Assembly (NCBI GenBank): GCA_963974065.1
Contig: CAXBCI010000016.1
Location: forward strand, 2,421-66,420
Reading direction: 5' to 3'
Source of the DNA: an uncultured Hyphomicrobiales bacterium
GTDB lineage: Bacteria; Pseudomonadota; Alphaproteobacteria; Rhizobiales; GCA-2746425
DNA length: 64,000 bases
Below are positions 9,032 through 18,050 of the stretch, one piece after another; the stretch's first letter is position 1; each line of letters opens with the position of its first letter. The position numbers and the translations under genes were made by a program. Under the pieces are notes generated by a model. It did not search any database, was not told the origin of the DNA, and was given only the letters and a program-made list of their open reading frames with translations.

Positions 9032-10537
9032 TCAAACGCCGCCCAAATAGTCAAGGGGATTGACTGGCGTCGATCCCTTGCGAAGCTCAAAGCGTAATTG
9101 TGGAGAGCTGACCGAACCAGTTGCGCCGGCCTCAGCAATTTCCTGACCACGCCGTACCTGGTCACCGCGGCGCACGGTGAGTGAACGGTTGTGCGCATAG
9201 GCTGTGACCCAACCCTCAGAATGTCGGACCAGAACCAGATTACCGTAACTTTTCAATTCGTTACCTGAATAGATTACAACACCGTCTTCAGCAGCCTTGA
9301 CCGGCGTTCCATCCGGCACAGCCAGATTGATGCCATCGTTGCGTTCGCCATTGGTCTTGTCGCCAAAGGTGGAAATTATCCGGCCACGAACCGGCCAGCG
9401 GAACGCGAGCGCACTGTCACCAGCCTGCGTTGACGGTTCCTGTTGCTCAGCTGCCGGTGGTGTATAGGCCACCGGTGTGACCTGCTCGACAGGTGTCACC
9501 CGGACAGGTTTTGGTGCGTCAGCTTCACTGGCGGTCTGCACAAGCCTTGGCTGCTTCGGTGCGCTTTGAACCGAAGCTGCCGGCCGCGCCTGAAGTGGTT
9601 CCCTTGGCTGAAGTTCAGCGGTGCGCACGGGTGCACTCTGAGCTTGTGCGCTCTGACTAGCGCCCCTTCCGGGAATCACCAACTGCTGTCCGATTTTGAT
9701 ATTGCTCGACTGGCCAAGATCATTGGCCGCCGAGAGGCTGCTGACGTTTACGTTGTACCGCTGGGCTATATTGAACAACGTATCACCGGATGAAACCCGG
9801 TGGGTTCCGTTTGCGGAACTCGCCGTTCTGGCCTGAACTGCGGGTGCGGTAACAGCAGCACGAGTCGGCTGAAGTGTGTTTTCCGGGAAAGGCTTCAGCG
9901 TTGCCTGAGCCGCACTGGGATCCGGAGGTGTACTGCGTCCCTTCGCATAGGCGGGAATCGTCAGATATCGCCCCGCGACCACATCCCGCGAACCGGAAAG
10001 TCCGTTCGCAGTCAGGATGGCCTGCTCCGGCACTCCATAGCGCCGGGATATCGAAGACAGAGTGTCCCCCGGCGTGACAGTTATTGTGGTGCCGCCAGTT
10101 GTGGTCCAGCCGGAAGCGTTTTGACCCGATGACGGGTTTGGCGCTTGGGAAGCCTGATAGGACCGGTCGAAATTATTATCCGGCATCGGGCGATATTGCG
10201 CCCCGCCCGTACTTTCCTGAGCTGACTGATAGGTCTGGATTGGCTGCAGATTTTGTTGAGCTACACCGGTTTGCCGCGCATCTCCGTACTGCTGCGAATT
10301 GCCCATTGCAACTGCGGGCATCGGCTGTCGGACTGGCTGCCCCAAAAATGCTTTTTGTGAAGCAATCGCGGCAGTATATTCCTGATCGCTGATCCGGGAA
10401 AAATTATTACTGCAGGCAACCACAGTCCCCGAAAGGAACGAAATAAAGAGGGCCCTGGAAATTACGCGGGCGGCCCGGCTCCGCGAATACGCATTACTCA
10501 TAAACATCGGCATACTCACGCCTGTACTCAAAAACAC
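9032..10537 (-). CDS. nlpD: LysM-domain M23 peptidase (NlpD-like lipoprotein)
   Basis: 501 aa. Lipobox VVACS, two LysM-like segments (VTPGDTLSSISRRYGV and VSSGDTLFNIAQRYNV), and a C-terminal M23 domain (GINLAVPDGTPV...AYAHN). Classic surE-pcm-nlpD order. Exact start is uncertain. Confidence 0.85.
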   Translation of the reverse strand: MFLSTGVSMPMFMSNAYSRSRAARVISRALFISFLSGTVVACSNNFSRISDQEYTAAIASQKAFLGQPVRQPMPAVAMGNSQQYGDARQTGVAQQNLQPIQTYQSAQESTGGAQYRPMPDNNFDRSYQASQAPNPSSGQNASGWTTTGGTTITVTPGDTLSSISRRYGVPEQAILTANGLSGSRDVVAGRYLTIPAYAKGRSTPPDPSAAQATLKPFPENTLQPTRAAVTAPAVQARTASSANGTHRVSSGDTLFNIAQRYNVNVSSLSAANDLGQSSNIKIGQQLVIPGRGASQSAQAQSAPVRTAELQPREPLQARPAASVQSAPKQPRLVQTASEADAPKPVRVTPVEQVTPVAYTPPAAEQQEPSTQAGDSALAFRWPVRGRIISTFGDKTNGERNDGINLAVPDGTPVKAAEDGVVIYSGNELKSYGNLVLVRHSEGWVTAYAHNRSLTVRRGDQVRRGQEIAEAGATGSVSSPQLRFELRKGSTPVNPLDYLGGV

Positions 10538-10604
10538 AGACGAAGTATTAACCCTGACACCCTTTATAAATGCTTAAATTTGTTCAGACTTCAGGGGCAA
10601 GTGA

Positions 10605-11261
10605 TCAGTCGTCGCTGACACGGCCTGGAACGAGTGGCGGAAACTCGCCATATCCGATGGTTTTTGAGGAAGTTTTACCCTCCTCTCTGCTGAACAGCGT
10701 GATTGTCTCTTCGCCGTGCCCCTGATCCATCGGCGCAATCAAGCGGCCGCCGATGGCCAGTTGATCCAACAAAAAAGCAGGCTCTGTTTCACAGGCAGCG
10801 GTTAAAATAATGACGTTGAATGGCGCCTGACGCGGCCATCCCTTATGTCCATCGCCACTGAACAGCGTCGCGTTCAAAATGCCATCCTTTGCCAGATTTC
10901 TTTCAGCCATCTGTGTCAGGGGACGGACGCGTTCAACGCCGTAAACCCGGCGGCATAATCGTGCCAAGAGCGCACTCTGGTATCCACACCCAACTCCGAT
11001 GTCGAGAACCTTATCCTGGCGCTGCAATTTCAACGCGTTCAGCATGACCATCACAAGACTGAGAACACCGGCGCTCTGGCCATGTCCGATGGCATGATCG
11101 CGGTCCTGCCACATGTCTTCTTTCGTCAGTCCTGGAATGTAAATTCGCCGGTCAGTCTGTTCCAGTGCTTTCAGCAAGCGCACGTCGGAAATGCCAAGTT
11201 CACGCAAGCGCAATATGAAAGCAGGCAAGTGATGGCTGTGCGGCTCTATGAATCCGGCCAC
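10605..11261 (-). CDS. pcm: Protein-L-isoaspartate O-methyltransferase
   Basis: 218 aa. SAM motif VLDIGVGCGYQSALLA. Located between surE and nlpD. Confidence 0.9.
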   Translation of the reverse strand: MAGFIEPHSHHLPAFILRLRELGISDVRLLKALEQTDRRIYIPGLTKEDMWQDRDHAIGHGQSAGVLSLVMVMLNALKLQRQDKVLDIGVGCGYQSALLARLCRRVYGVERVRPLTQMAERNLAKDGILNATLFSGDGHKGWPRQAPFNVIILTAACETEPAFLLDQLAIGGRLIAPMDQGHGEETITLFSREEGKTSSKTIGYGEFPPLVPGRVSDD

Positions 11262-11270
11262 ATGTTTTTC

Positions 11271-12026
11271 CTAATCTGCCAGATATGAATAATAGTCCAG
11301 CGCCTCATCGGCAGTCAGATCCATTTTCAGGGGCGTCACGGAAATGAAGTTTCTTTGCAAAGCATCCAGATCGGTCCCGGCAATCACATCCTGGCTCTGG
11401 CGGCGATGGGTCAGCCAGTAATACGGATTTCTGCGTCCGTCATCACGCTTGTCCAGAAACAGTCCATGGGTCAGCGCGCCCTGCCGGGTCAGTTCTATTC
11501 CGGAGACGGCATTTGCAGCACAATTGGGAAAGTTGATATTAATCAGGATGCCCTTCTCGATGCCTTTGTCGAGAATTTTCTGAATCAGTCCGCTGGCATG
11601 TGTACTGGCTACTTCCCAGGGAATCGGATTGCCCGAAGTCCAGTCATAGGCCTGGCTGAGCGCTATACTGGGAATGCGCAGCATGGTTCCTTCCATGGCA
11701 GCAGCTATCGTCCCTGAATAGGTCACATCATCTGAGATGTTCTGCCCGGAATTCACACCGGAGAGAATCAGATCAGGCACTTCAGGCATGACTTCGCGCA
11801 CGCCCATGATCACACAATCCGTCGGCGTGCCGCGCAAGGCATAGACTTGCCGCTCGATTTTGCGAAGCCGTAGAGGATCGTTCATGGTGAGTGAGTGCGA
11901 CAGGCCACTTTGATCTGTTTCCGGCGCCACCACCCAGACATCAGAGCCGGTTTCAGAGGCGATCTGTCTCATGATCGCCAGTCCGGGAGCGTTGATGCCA
12001 TCATCATTTGTAACGAGAATGCGCAC
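11271..12026 (-). CDS. surE: 5'/3'-nucleotidase SurE
   Basis: 251 aa. N-terminal MRILVTNDDGINAPG and GVNSGQN motifs. Confidence 0.95.
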   Translation of the reverse strand: MRILVTNDDGINAPGLAIMRQIASETGSDVWVVAPETDQSGLSHSLTMNDPLRLRKIERQVYALRGTPTDCVIMGVREVMPEVPDLILSGVNSGQNISDDVTYSGTIAAAMEGTMLRIPSIALSQAYDWTSGNPIPWEVASTHASGLIQKILDKGIEKGILININFPNCAANAVSGIELTRQGALTHGLFLDKRDDGRRNPYYWLTHRRQSQDVIAGTDLDALQRNFISVTPLKMDLTADEALDYYSYLAD

Positions 12027-12031
12027 TGGGC

Positions 12032-13318
12032 TTACTCCGGCTGGCCGTCTATATGGGTTAATCCTCCCATATAGGGCCTCAATATTTCGGGAATATCAAT
12101 ACCGCCATCGGTGCGTTGATAATTTTCCATAACGGCAATCAGGGCACGGCCGGTGGCAACACCGGAACCGTTCAGTGTGTGAACGAAGCCGAGAGACTTG
12201 CCATCTAAATCCCTGTAGCGAGCCATCATGCGTCTGGCCTGAAAATCCCCGCAGACAGAGACACTGGAAATTTCGCGATACATATTCTGGCCGGGCAGCC
12301 AGACTTCGATATCGTAGGTTTTGCGCGCTCCAAATCCCATGTCACCGCTGCTCAAAGTCATTACCCGATAAGACAGGCCCAGCAGCTTCAGGACTTCTTC
12401 AGCACAGCCAAGCATGCGCTCCAACTCGGCCAGTGAGTCTTCGGGGCGGGTGACGCTGACCATTTCCACTTTATAAAACTGGTGCTGGCGCAGCATGCCT
12501 CTTGTATCCCGGCCTGCAGAACCGGCTTCGGATCTGAAACATGGCGTCAAAGCGGAGAAGCGCTGCGGCAACTGGTCAGATTCAATGATCGATTCGCGAA
12601 CCAGATTTGTCAGAGGCACTTCTGCTGTGGGTATCAGCCAGAACCCGTCATCTGTGTGAAACAAATCGTCCTTGAACTTCGGTAGTTGTCCGGTTCCGTA
12701 GACTGCCTCATCCTTGACCAGCAGCGGCGGCATGACCTCCAGATATCCGTGAGTCAGAGTATGCAGATCAAGCATGAATTGCCCCAATGCACGCTCAAGT
12801 CTGGCAAGCTGTCCGCGCAGGACAACAAAACGCGATCCTGAGATTTTTCCGGCGATGGCAAAATCCATCATGCCGAGCGCTTCGCCCAGCTCAAAATGTT
12901 CCTTCGGCTTGAAATTGCTGAGTGGTTTCTCTCCCACTTCCCGCAACACGATATTGTCTTCTTCACCGGGTCCCACCGGTACATCGGAGAGCGGAATGTT
13001 TGGAATTTCCGCCAATTTTTCCGTGAGCGTTGTGGTCAGCTGTCGCTCCAGGTCCTCACCGTTGCGGATAAACTCCTTCAACTTGGATACTGCGGCAATT
13101 GCGGTCTTGGCAGCGGCTTCATCACCACTGGCCTTGGCTTTGCCAATTTCCTTTGAAGCAGCGTTTCTGCTTTCCTGTGCTTCCTGAAGTCTCGTGACGT
13201 GCTGGCGGCGCTCATCATCAAGTGCGATCAGCTCAGCGGCCCGATAATCCGCGAATCGCGCTTTCATGGCTGAATCAAAATCAGCCGGATTCTCTCTTAT
13301 CCATCGAATGTCATGCAT
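12032..13318 (-). CDS. serS: Serine--tRNA ligase
   Basis: 428 aa. [12 protein letters not shown]-terminal coiled-coil arm and class II core motifs ([32 protein letters not shown]). Confidence 0.97.
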   Translation of the reverse strand: MHDIRWIRENPADFDSAMKARFADYRAAELIALDDERRQHVTRLQEAQESRNAASKEIGKAKASGDEAAAKTAIAAVSKLKEFIRNGEDLERQLTTTLTEKLAEIPNIPLSDVPVGPGEEDNIVLREVGEKPLSNFKPKEHFELGEALGMMDFAIAGKISGSRFVVLRGQLARLERALGQFMLDLHTLTHGYLEVMPPLLVKDEAVYGTGQLPKFKDDLFHTDDGFWLIPTAEVPLTNLVRESIIESDQLPQRFSALTPCFRSEAGSAGRDTRGMLRQHQFYKVEMVSVTRPEDSLAELERMLGCAEEVLKLLGLSYRVMTLSSGDMGFGARKTYDIEVWLPGQNMYREISSVSVCGDFQARRMMARYRDLDGKSLGFVHTLNGSGVATGRALIAVMENYQRTDGGIDIPEILRPYMGGLTHIDGQPE

Positions 13319-13377
13319 GGGATAACCCGATTAGTCAGTGGTCATGAGGAAATATGAGCGTGGCAGTAGCGTTAATC

Positions 13378-14181
13378 TCAAACGGTATCAACCGCTGCGT
13401 CCGCCTTTTCCTGTTCCGCACGGCGCCGTTCAATCAGCCGCACCGAGAGAATCGAAAGCTCATACAACACGATGGTCGGAAGCGCCAAACCGATCTGGCT
13501 GATCGGATCCGGAGGCGTGAGAATAGCCGCCATGGCAAAGGCTGCAACGACTGCGTAGCGCCGTTTGGACTTCAGACCTTCTGATCCAACCACACCGATT
13601 CTGCCGAGAAGTGTCAGAACCACCGGTAATTGGAACACCAAGCCAAAGGCGAAAATCAACGTCATGATGAGACCGAGATATTCGCTGACCCGGGCGACAA
13701 GCTGAATTGATGCCCGCCCCTCACCGCCCGCCTGCTCCATGCTGAGGAAGAAGGCCATAGCCAGCGGCATGATGAGATAATACACCAGCGCTGCCCCGAT
13801 AATGAACAAGATCGGGGTCGCCACCAGATACGGCAGAAAGGCCGACCGCTCATTTTTGTAAAGACCTGGCGCGACGAACATATAGACTTGGGAAGCGATA
13901 ACCGGAAAAGCCAGAAACAGCGCGCCGAAAAACGCCAGCTTCAGCTGGGTGAAGAAATATTCCTGAGGAGCGGTATAGATAAACTCAATTGCAGTCAGAT
14001 CACCAGCAGCCTTTTCATACGGCACGGTCAGAATATTGAAGATATCCTTGGCAAAAATGAAGCTTATGATGAACATCAACGTAAGGCCGATGACCGACTT
14101 GAACAGCCGCTGTCGCAATTCGATCAGGTGCTCAATCAGCGGTGCGCGGCTGCTGTCGACTTCGTCTTCGCTTTCGCTCAC
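13378..14181 (-). CDS. tatC: Twin-arginine translocase subunit TatC
   Basis: 267 aa, six-TM profile, PLIEHLIELRQRL N-terminus. 4-nt overlap with tatB. Confidence 0.95.
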   Translation of the reverse strand: MSESEDEVDSSRAPLIEHLIELRQRLFKSVIGLTLMFIISFIFAKDIFNILTVPYEKAAGDLTAIEFIYTAPQEYFFTQLKLAFFGALFLAFPVIASQVYMFVAPGLYKNERSAFLPYLVATPILFIIGAALVYYLIMPLAMAFFLSMEQAGGEGRASIQLVARVSEYLGLIMTLIFAFGLVFQLPVVLTLLGRIGVVGSEGLKSKRRYAVVAAFAMAAILTPPDPISQIGLALPTIVLYELSILSVRLIERRRAEQEKADAAVDTV

Positions 14182-14795
14182 GCGTCAGTTTCCTTCTTGG
14201 GCGCTTTCGCGCTTTTGGCAGCGCTTTTGGCAGCAGTTTTTCGAGCCGGTTGCTTTGTCGCGGACGGCTTTGCGACGGCTTTGGCTGGAGCTGCCGTTTT
14301 TCCGGCTGACCTCTTGCTGGCAGCAGGTTTGCGTGCAGCAGGTTTCTTCGCGGCTGGTTTTTTAGCAGTTGCCCTTGCGGTTGCCGGTTTCGACTTGGCG
14401 GCAGCTTTCGCTGCCACTGGCTTGGCAGGTGTATCGACCGGATCAGTTGAGACCGCAGGGGTGCTTGCCGGCGCCGCTTTCTCGCTGGATTTCAGCAACC
14501 CCTTGTTGATGTCCCGTTGAACATCATCAGCAGCCTGTTTGATCGGGTTGAGACTGTCTTTGATCTGCCTGACGGGGTTGATCTTGTTGACGCTGTCGAT
14601 ACCGGATTTTATTCCATCCAGATCGGCTTCTTTCAGCGCATCGTTAAATTGGCGCTGGAAATCCCCGGCCATGCGCCGCGCGCTGCCGATAGTTTTGCCG
14701 ATTGTGCGGAGCATTCCGGGCAATTCCTTTGGACCCACCACAAGGATCGCCACGACAGCAACAACAATAAATTCGGTCCATCCAAGATCGAACAT
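14178..14795 (-). CDS. tatB: Twin-arginine translocase subunit TatB with a long Ala/Lys/Pro-rich tail
   Basis: 205 aa. MFDLGWTEFIVVAVVAILVVGPKELP TatA/B-type N-terminus. Position between tatA and tatC. Confidence 0.85.
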   Translation of the reverse strand: MFDLGWTEFIVVAVVAILVVGPKELPGMLRTIGKTIGSARRMAGDFQRQFNDALKEADLDGIKSGIDSVNKINPVRQIKDSLNPIKQAADDVQRDINKGLLKSSEKAAPASTPAVSTDPVDTPAKPVAAKAAAKSKPATARATAKKPAAKKPAARKPAASKRSAGKTAAPAKAVAKPSATKQPARKTAAKSAAKSAKAPKKETDA

Positions 14796-14863
14796 TCTGA
14801 TTTGCCGGTTTCTCTAAAAGGACGCGGCGCGAAATCTGCGCAGACAACGCCGGAAATTATGGA

Positions 14864-15079
14864 CTAGCTGGTTTGCTTGTCTTCGGATTTCACAGGAGCA
14901 GCGGTCTCGCTGGCTGACTGATCGATGGTTTTCTGCTCGTCTTCATCGTCCGAAAGGCCGGATTTGAAGCTTTTGATGCCTTTGGCGACATCTCCCATCA
15001 AATCAGAAATCTTGCCCCGGCCGAACAGAAGCACGACCAGAACGACAACAATGGCAATTTGCCAAAAACTAATACCCAT
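14864..15079 (-). CDS. tatA: Twin-arginine translocase subunit TatA
   Basis: 71 aa. [24 protein letters not shown] hallmark. Confidence 0.9.
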   Translation of the reverse strand: MGISFWQIAIVVVLVVLLFGRGKISDLMGDVAKGIKSFKSGLSDDEDEQKTIDQSASETAAPVKSEDKQTS

Positions 15080-15194
15080 AATTTATTCCCCGCTTCCGCC
15101 AGGCCGCAAACACACCATTGTCTGCCAGGACCCGTGATAAATCTCTGTCTTGTGAGTGTATTACACCGGCCAATGCCGAAAAGACACCCATAAT

Positions 15195-15380
15195 TAGGGT
15201 CTGAACTCACTTAGGAGATTGAATTGGCGCTGCCAGAAAAGCCCAAATGCCATGAACGGATTGCAGGTAAGACTGGTTGCCTTTCCAAAATCTGTGAAAC
15301 GGCAGTTGGGCTTTTCTGGCTGCATCCCTTTGCGATGAGCTTGCTCACCAATTCAACCTCCTAAGTGAGTTCAGACCCTA
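15195..15380. mobile_element. MITE-like palindromic element, copy A (186 bp including flanking TA)
   Basis: 35-nt terminal inverted repeats TAGGGTCTGAACTCACTTAGGAGATTGAATTGGCG / CACCAATTCAACCTCCTAAGTGAGTTCAGACCCTA (33/35 complementary). Nested inner inverted repeat GCCAGAAAAGCCCAA...TTGGGCTTTTCTGGC. About 93 percent identical by eye to a second copy at 42950-43217. No coding capacity. Confidence 0.65.
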
Positions 15381-15395
15381 GTCTGTTATATGGGG

Positions 15396-16538
15396 CTAAA
15401 GCTCTTCTTTTTCAAACACCAGAATGTCTCTTGGATCGAAGCTGACGAAAACTTCCGTGCCTGGCTTCAGATTGTCGGCATTGCGGATACGGGCCTGCAG
15501 AGGATCATCAAGACCTTCAACGGCTGTATCCACCAGATCCACTTCCCCCAGAAACCGCCGTCTCAGAACCCGCCCAAGTTTGGCTCCGTTGGGGGCGGAC
15601 TGGTTTGTGATCGGTGTGATGTTGACGCCCTGAAAGCGGATACAAACGCTGGCCGCGCCGTTGGATTTCCCTTCGGCGGCAAATGTACCGACCGGAGTGA
15701 TGACGGCCTCATCGACAATCTCGCCTTCCAACATGTTCACTTCGGAAAAAAACCTGGCGGAAGCCAGATCCACGGGTTGATAATACAATTCCCGGGCGGT
15801 GCCATCCTGAACAATCTGTCCGTGTTTCATCAAGAGGATGCGATCTGCAACGCGCATCGCCTCTTCCGGATCGTGGGTCACCATCAGGCAGGTCGCTCGC
15901 ATTTCCCGAAGGATTGCAATCGTCTCATCCCTGACACTGTCGCGCAGTCTCTGGTCCAGGCCGGAAAATGGTTCATCCATCAGCAGAATGCCGGGACGCG
16001 GTGCGATTGAACGCGCCAGCGCAACCCGTTGTTGCTCACCGCCTGACAAATGGTGAGGATACAAATTTGCATGTTGCGCAAGGCCGACCCTTTCAAGTGC
16101 AAGCAACGCTTCGCTGCGGGCAATCGACGAAGAAAGCGCCGTCAGGCCAAACATGACATTCTTCAACACTGTGAGATGTGGAAACAGGGCGAAATCCTGA
16201 AACATCAGGCCGATACCGCGTTTTTCGGGCGGCACCAGGCGGTCCGGCGCACCAAATTCCTGGCCATCGACAAAAAAGCGGCCGGATTGCGGTGCTTCGA
16301 TACCTGCAGCTATACGCAAAAGTGTCGTTTTGCCTGAACCGGATTGCCCTAAAAGACAGACGATTTCTCCAGAGGCGATGGTCAGATTGATGTCGTCAAG
16401 CGCACGGGTCGGACCATAGAGGTGGGAAATGTTTTCAAACCGCATTTCCCGCGCGATGGTTGCACCCGCAGTTCCGCGACGCCCCCAGGATAGCGCTGTC
16501 TTCAGACCGGATGGTCGTGTTGTCTGGTTCATCGGCAT
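15396..16538 (-). CDS. ABC transporter ATP-binding protein (PotA/FbpC-like, with C-terminal TOBE-like domain); no partner permease nearby
   Basis: Walker A GQSGSGKTT, signature LSGGEQQRVALAR, Walker B ILLMDEPFSGLD, H-loop VTHD. The start could also be the internal MRFENISHLYG. The gene begins 12 nt after the scpB stop. Confidence 0.9.
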   Translation of the reverse strand: MPMNQTTRPSGLKTALSWGRRGTAGATIAREMRFENISHLYGPTRALDDINLTIASGEIVCLLGQSGSGKTTLLRIAAGIEAPQSGRFFVDGQEFGAPDRLVPPEKRGIGLMFQDFALFPHLTVLKNVMFGLTALSSSIARSEALLALERVGLAQHANLYPHHLSGGEQQRVALARSIAPRPGILLMDEPFSGLDQRLRDSVRDETIAILREMRATCLMVTHDPEEAMRVADRILLMKHGQIVQDGTARELYYQPVDLASARFFSEVNMLEGEIVDEAVITPVGTFAAEGKSNGAASVCIRFQGVNITPITNQSAPNGAKLGRVLRRRFLGEVDLVDTAVEGLDDPLQARIRNADNLKPGTEVFVSFDPRDILVFEKEEL

Positions 16539-16550
16539 GTCATCCGGTGG

Positions 16551-17204
16551 CTAATCCTCATCTTCCAGCACCACATCAGGTGCGAAGAGGTCATCTTCAA
16601 GAGGGTCTTCATCGTCGCTGAGATCAGGATCATCATTTGGCATCGGCATTGGCGTGCCCGCAGGCATTGCTGAATCCAGCAGCCCGGCGCCTTTCAATTC
16701 ATCCAGTCCCGGCAGATCAGTAATCGACTCAAGATTGAAATGCTCAAGAAATTCTGGAGTCGTTCCATAAGTGACTGGTCGTCCCGGGGTGCGGCGCCGG
16801 CCGCGCAGACGCACCCAGCCGGTTTCAAGCAGGACGTCCAGAGTGCCCCTGCTGGTTGACACGCCTCTGATCTGCTCGATTTCCGCACGGGTTGCAGGTT
16901 GATGATAGGCAATAATCGATAAGGTCTCCAAGGCCGCCCGCGACAAGCGCCGCTGCTCGGCGGTTTCCGCTTGCAGCAGAAAAGCCAGATCGTCAGCTGT
17001 GCGGAAGGCCCATCCATCCGCAAGCTTTTTCAGCGCCACGCCGCGCCCTTCATAAAACTCTGCCAGTTTCGCCAGCAACTGATCCAGATTGGCACTGGCG
17101 GGCAGCCGTTCAGCCAGATCGGACCGTGCCAACGGCCTTTGCGATGCAAACAGCATCGCCTCAAGCATTCTCAGATGCAGGGTTTGGGTTGCCGCCTCGC
17201 TCAT
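16551..17204 (-). CDS. scpB: Segregation and condensation protein B
   Basis: 217 aa. EAMLFAS...PL, LSRAALETLSIIAYHQP and TRAEIEQIRGV motifs, acidic C-terminus. 4-nt overlap with scpA. Confidence 0.9.
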   Translation of the reverse strand: MSEAATQTLHLRMLEAMLFASQRPLARSDLAERLPASANLDQLLAKLAEFYEGRGVALKKLADGWAFRTADDLAFLLQAETAEQRRLSRAALETLSIIAYHQPATRAEIEQIRGVSTSRGTLDVLLETGWVRLRGRRRTPGRPVTYGTTPEFLEHFNLESITDLPGLDELKGAGLLDSAMPAGTPMPMPNDDPDLSDDEDPLEDDLFAPDVVLEDED

Positions 17205-18049
17205 GGTTCCCCGGTCCGGTCCTGTTTGGACACACCGCGGATAAACAGTGGCGCAAACGGCCCGGTCTGGCGCAATTCCACGATGCCCTCGCGTACCATC
17301 TCAAGACTTGCGGTAAATGAACTTGCGATGACGGTGGCGCGTTCATCCGGCGAGGAAAAGTACTGAACCAGAAAATTGTCAATCGGTGTCCAGTCTGTCA
17401 CCTGCCCCAGAACTCTGACCAGCAGGCCCCGGGCTTCCTGCAACGACCATACAGTGCGTTTGCAAACCTGAACGGACGTCACGGAATTGCGCTGACGCTG
17501 GCTGGCATAGGCTGTCAGCAGATCATAAAGATTGGCGATATAAGTGCTGTGCCGGATGGTAACAACCGGTTCCGGATCGCCGCGCGCAAACACGTCCTGG
17601 CCGAGGCGCGGGCGCGCCATCAGTCGGGCTGCGGCATCCCGCATGGCCTCCAGTCGGCGCAGGCGGAACGCCAGTGCTGCAGCCAATTCCTCCCCGGTTT
17701 GTTCATCCTCGCCATCTCTTATGTCGGGAAGCAGCAGTCGGGATTTCAGATAGGCCAACCAAGCAGCCATAACCAGATAATCTGCCGCCAGTTCCAGCCG
17801 CATGCGCCGGGCTTCCTGAATAAAGGACAGATATTGATCGGCAAGCGCGAGAATCGATATTCCGGACAGATCAACCTTTTGCGAGCGCGCCAGGGCCAGA
17901 AGCAAATCCAGCGGACCTTCAAATCCCTCGACATCGATCACCAATGAAGGCTCCGTCTCGGCACGTTCGACAACCCGTTCCTTCTGGCTTTCCCACAACA
18001 GCGCCTGGGTCAGTGGGTCTTCAGCGGCGGTTCGTGTTTCATCGGCCAT
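17201..18049 (-). CDS. scpA: Segregation and condensation protein A
   Basis: Start trimmed to the ATG at 18049 (MADETRT...), which sits just after the nagZ stop. Contains FEGPLDLLLALARSQKVDL, typical of ScpA. Confidence 0.9.
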   Translation of the reverse strand: MADETRTAAEDPLTQALLWESQKERVVERAETEPSLVIDVEGFEGPLDLLLALARSQKVDLSGISILALADQYLSFIQEARRMRLELAADYLVMAAWLAYLKSRLLLPDIRDGEDEQTGEELAAALAFRLRRLEAMRDAAARLMARPRLGQDVFARGDPEPVVTIRHSTYIANLYDLLTAYASQRQRNSVTSVQVCKRTVWSLQEARGLLVRVLGQVTDWTPIDNFLVQYFSSPDERATVIASSFTASLEMVREGIVELRQTGPFAPLFIRGVSKQDRTGEP

Positions 18050-18050
18050 T

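Noticed and set aside
13888-14520. 210-aa plus-strand ORF rich in Ala/Leu/Phe
   Set aside because: It is a mirror image of the low-complexity TatB tail and the tatC 5' end. The minus-strand genes have unambiguous Tat signatures.
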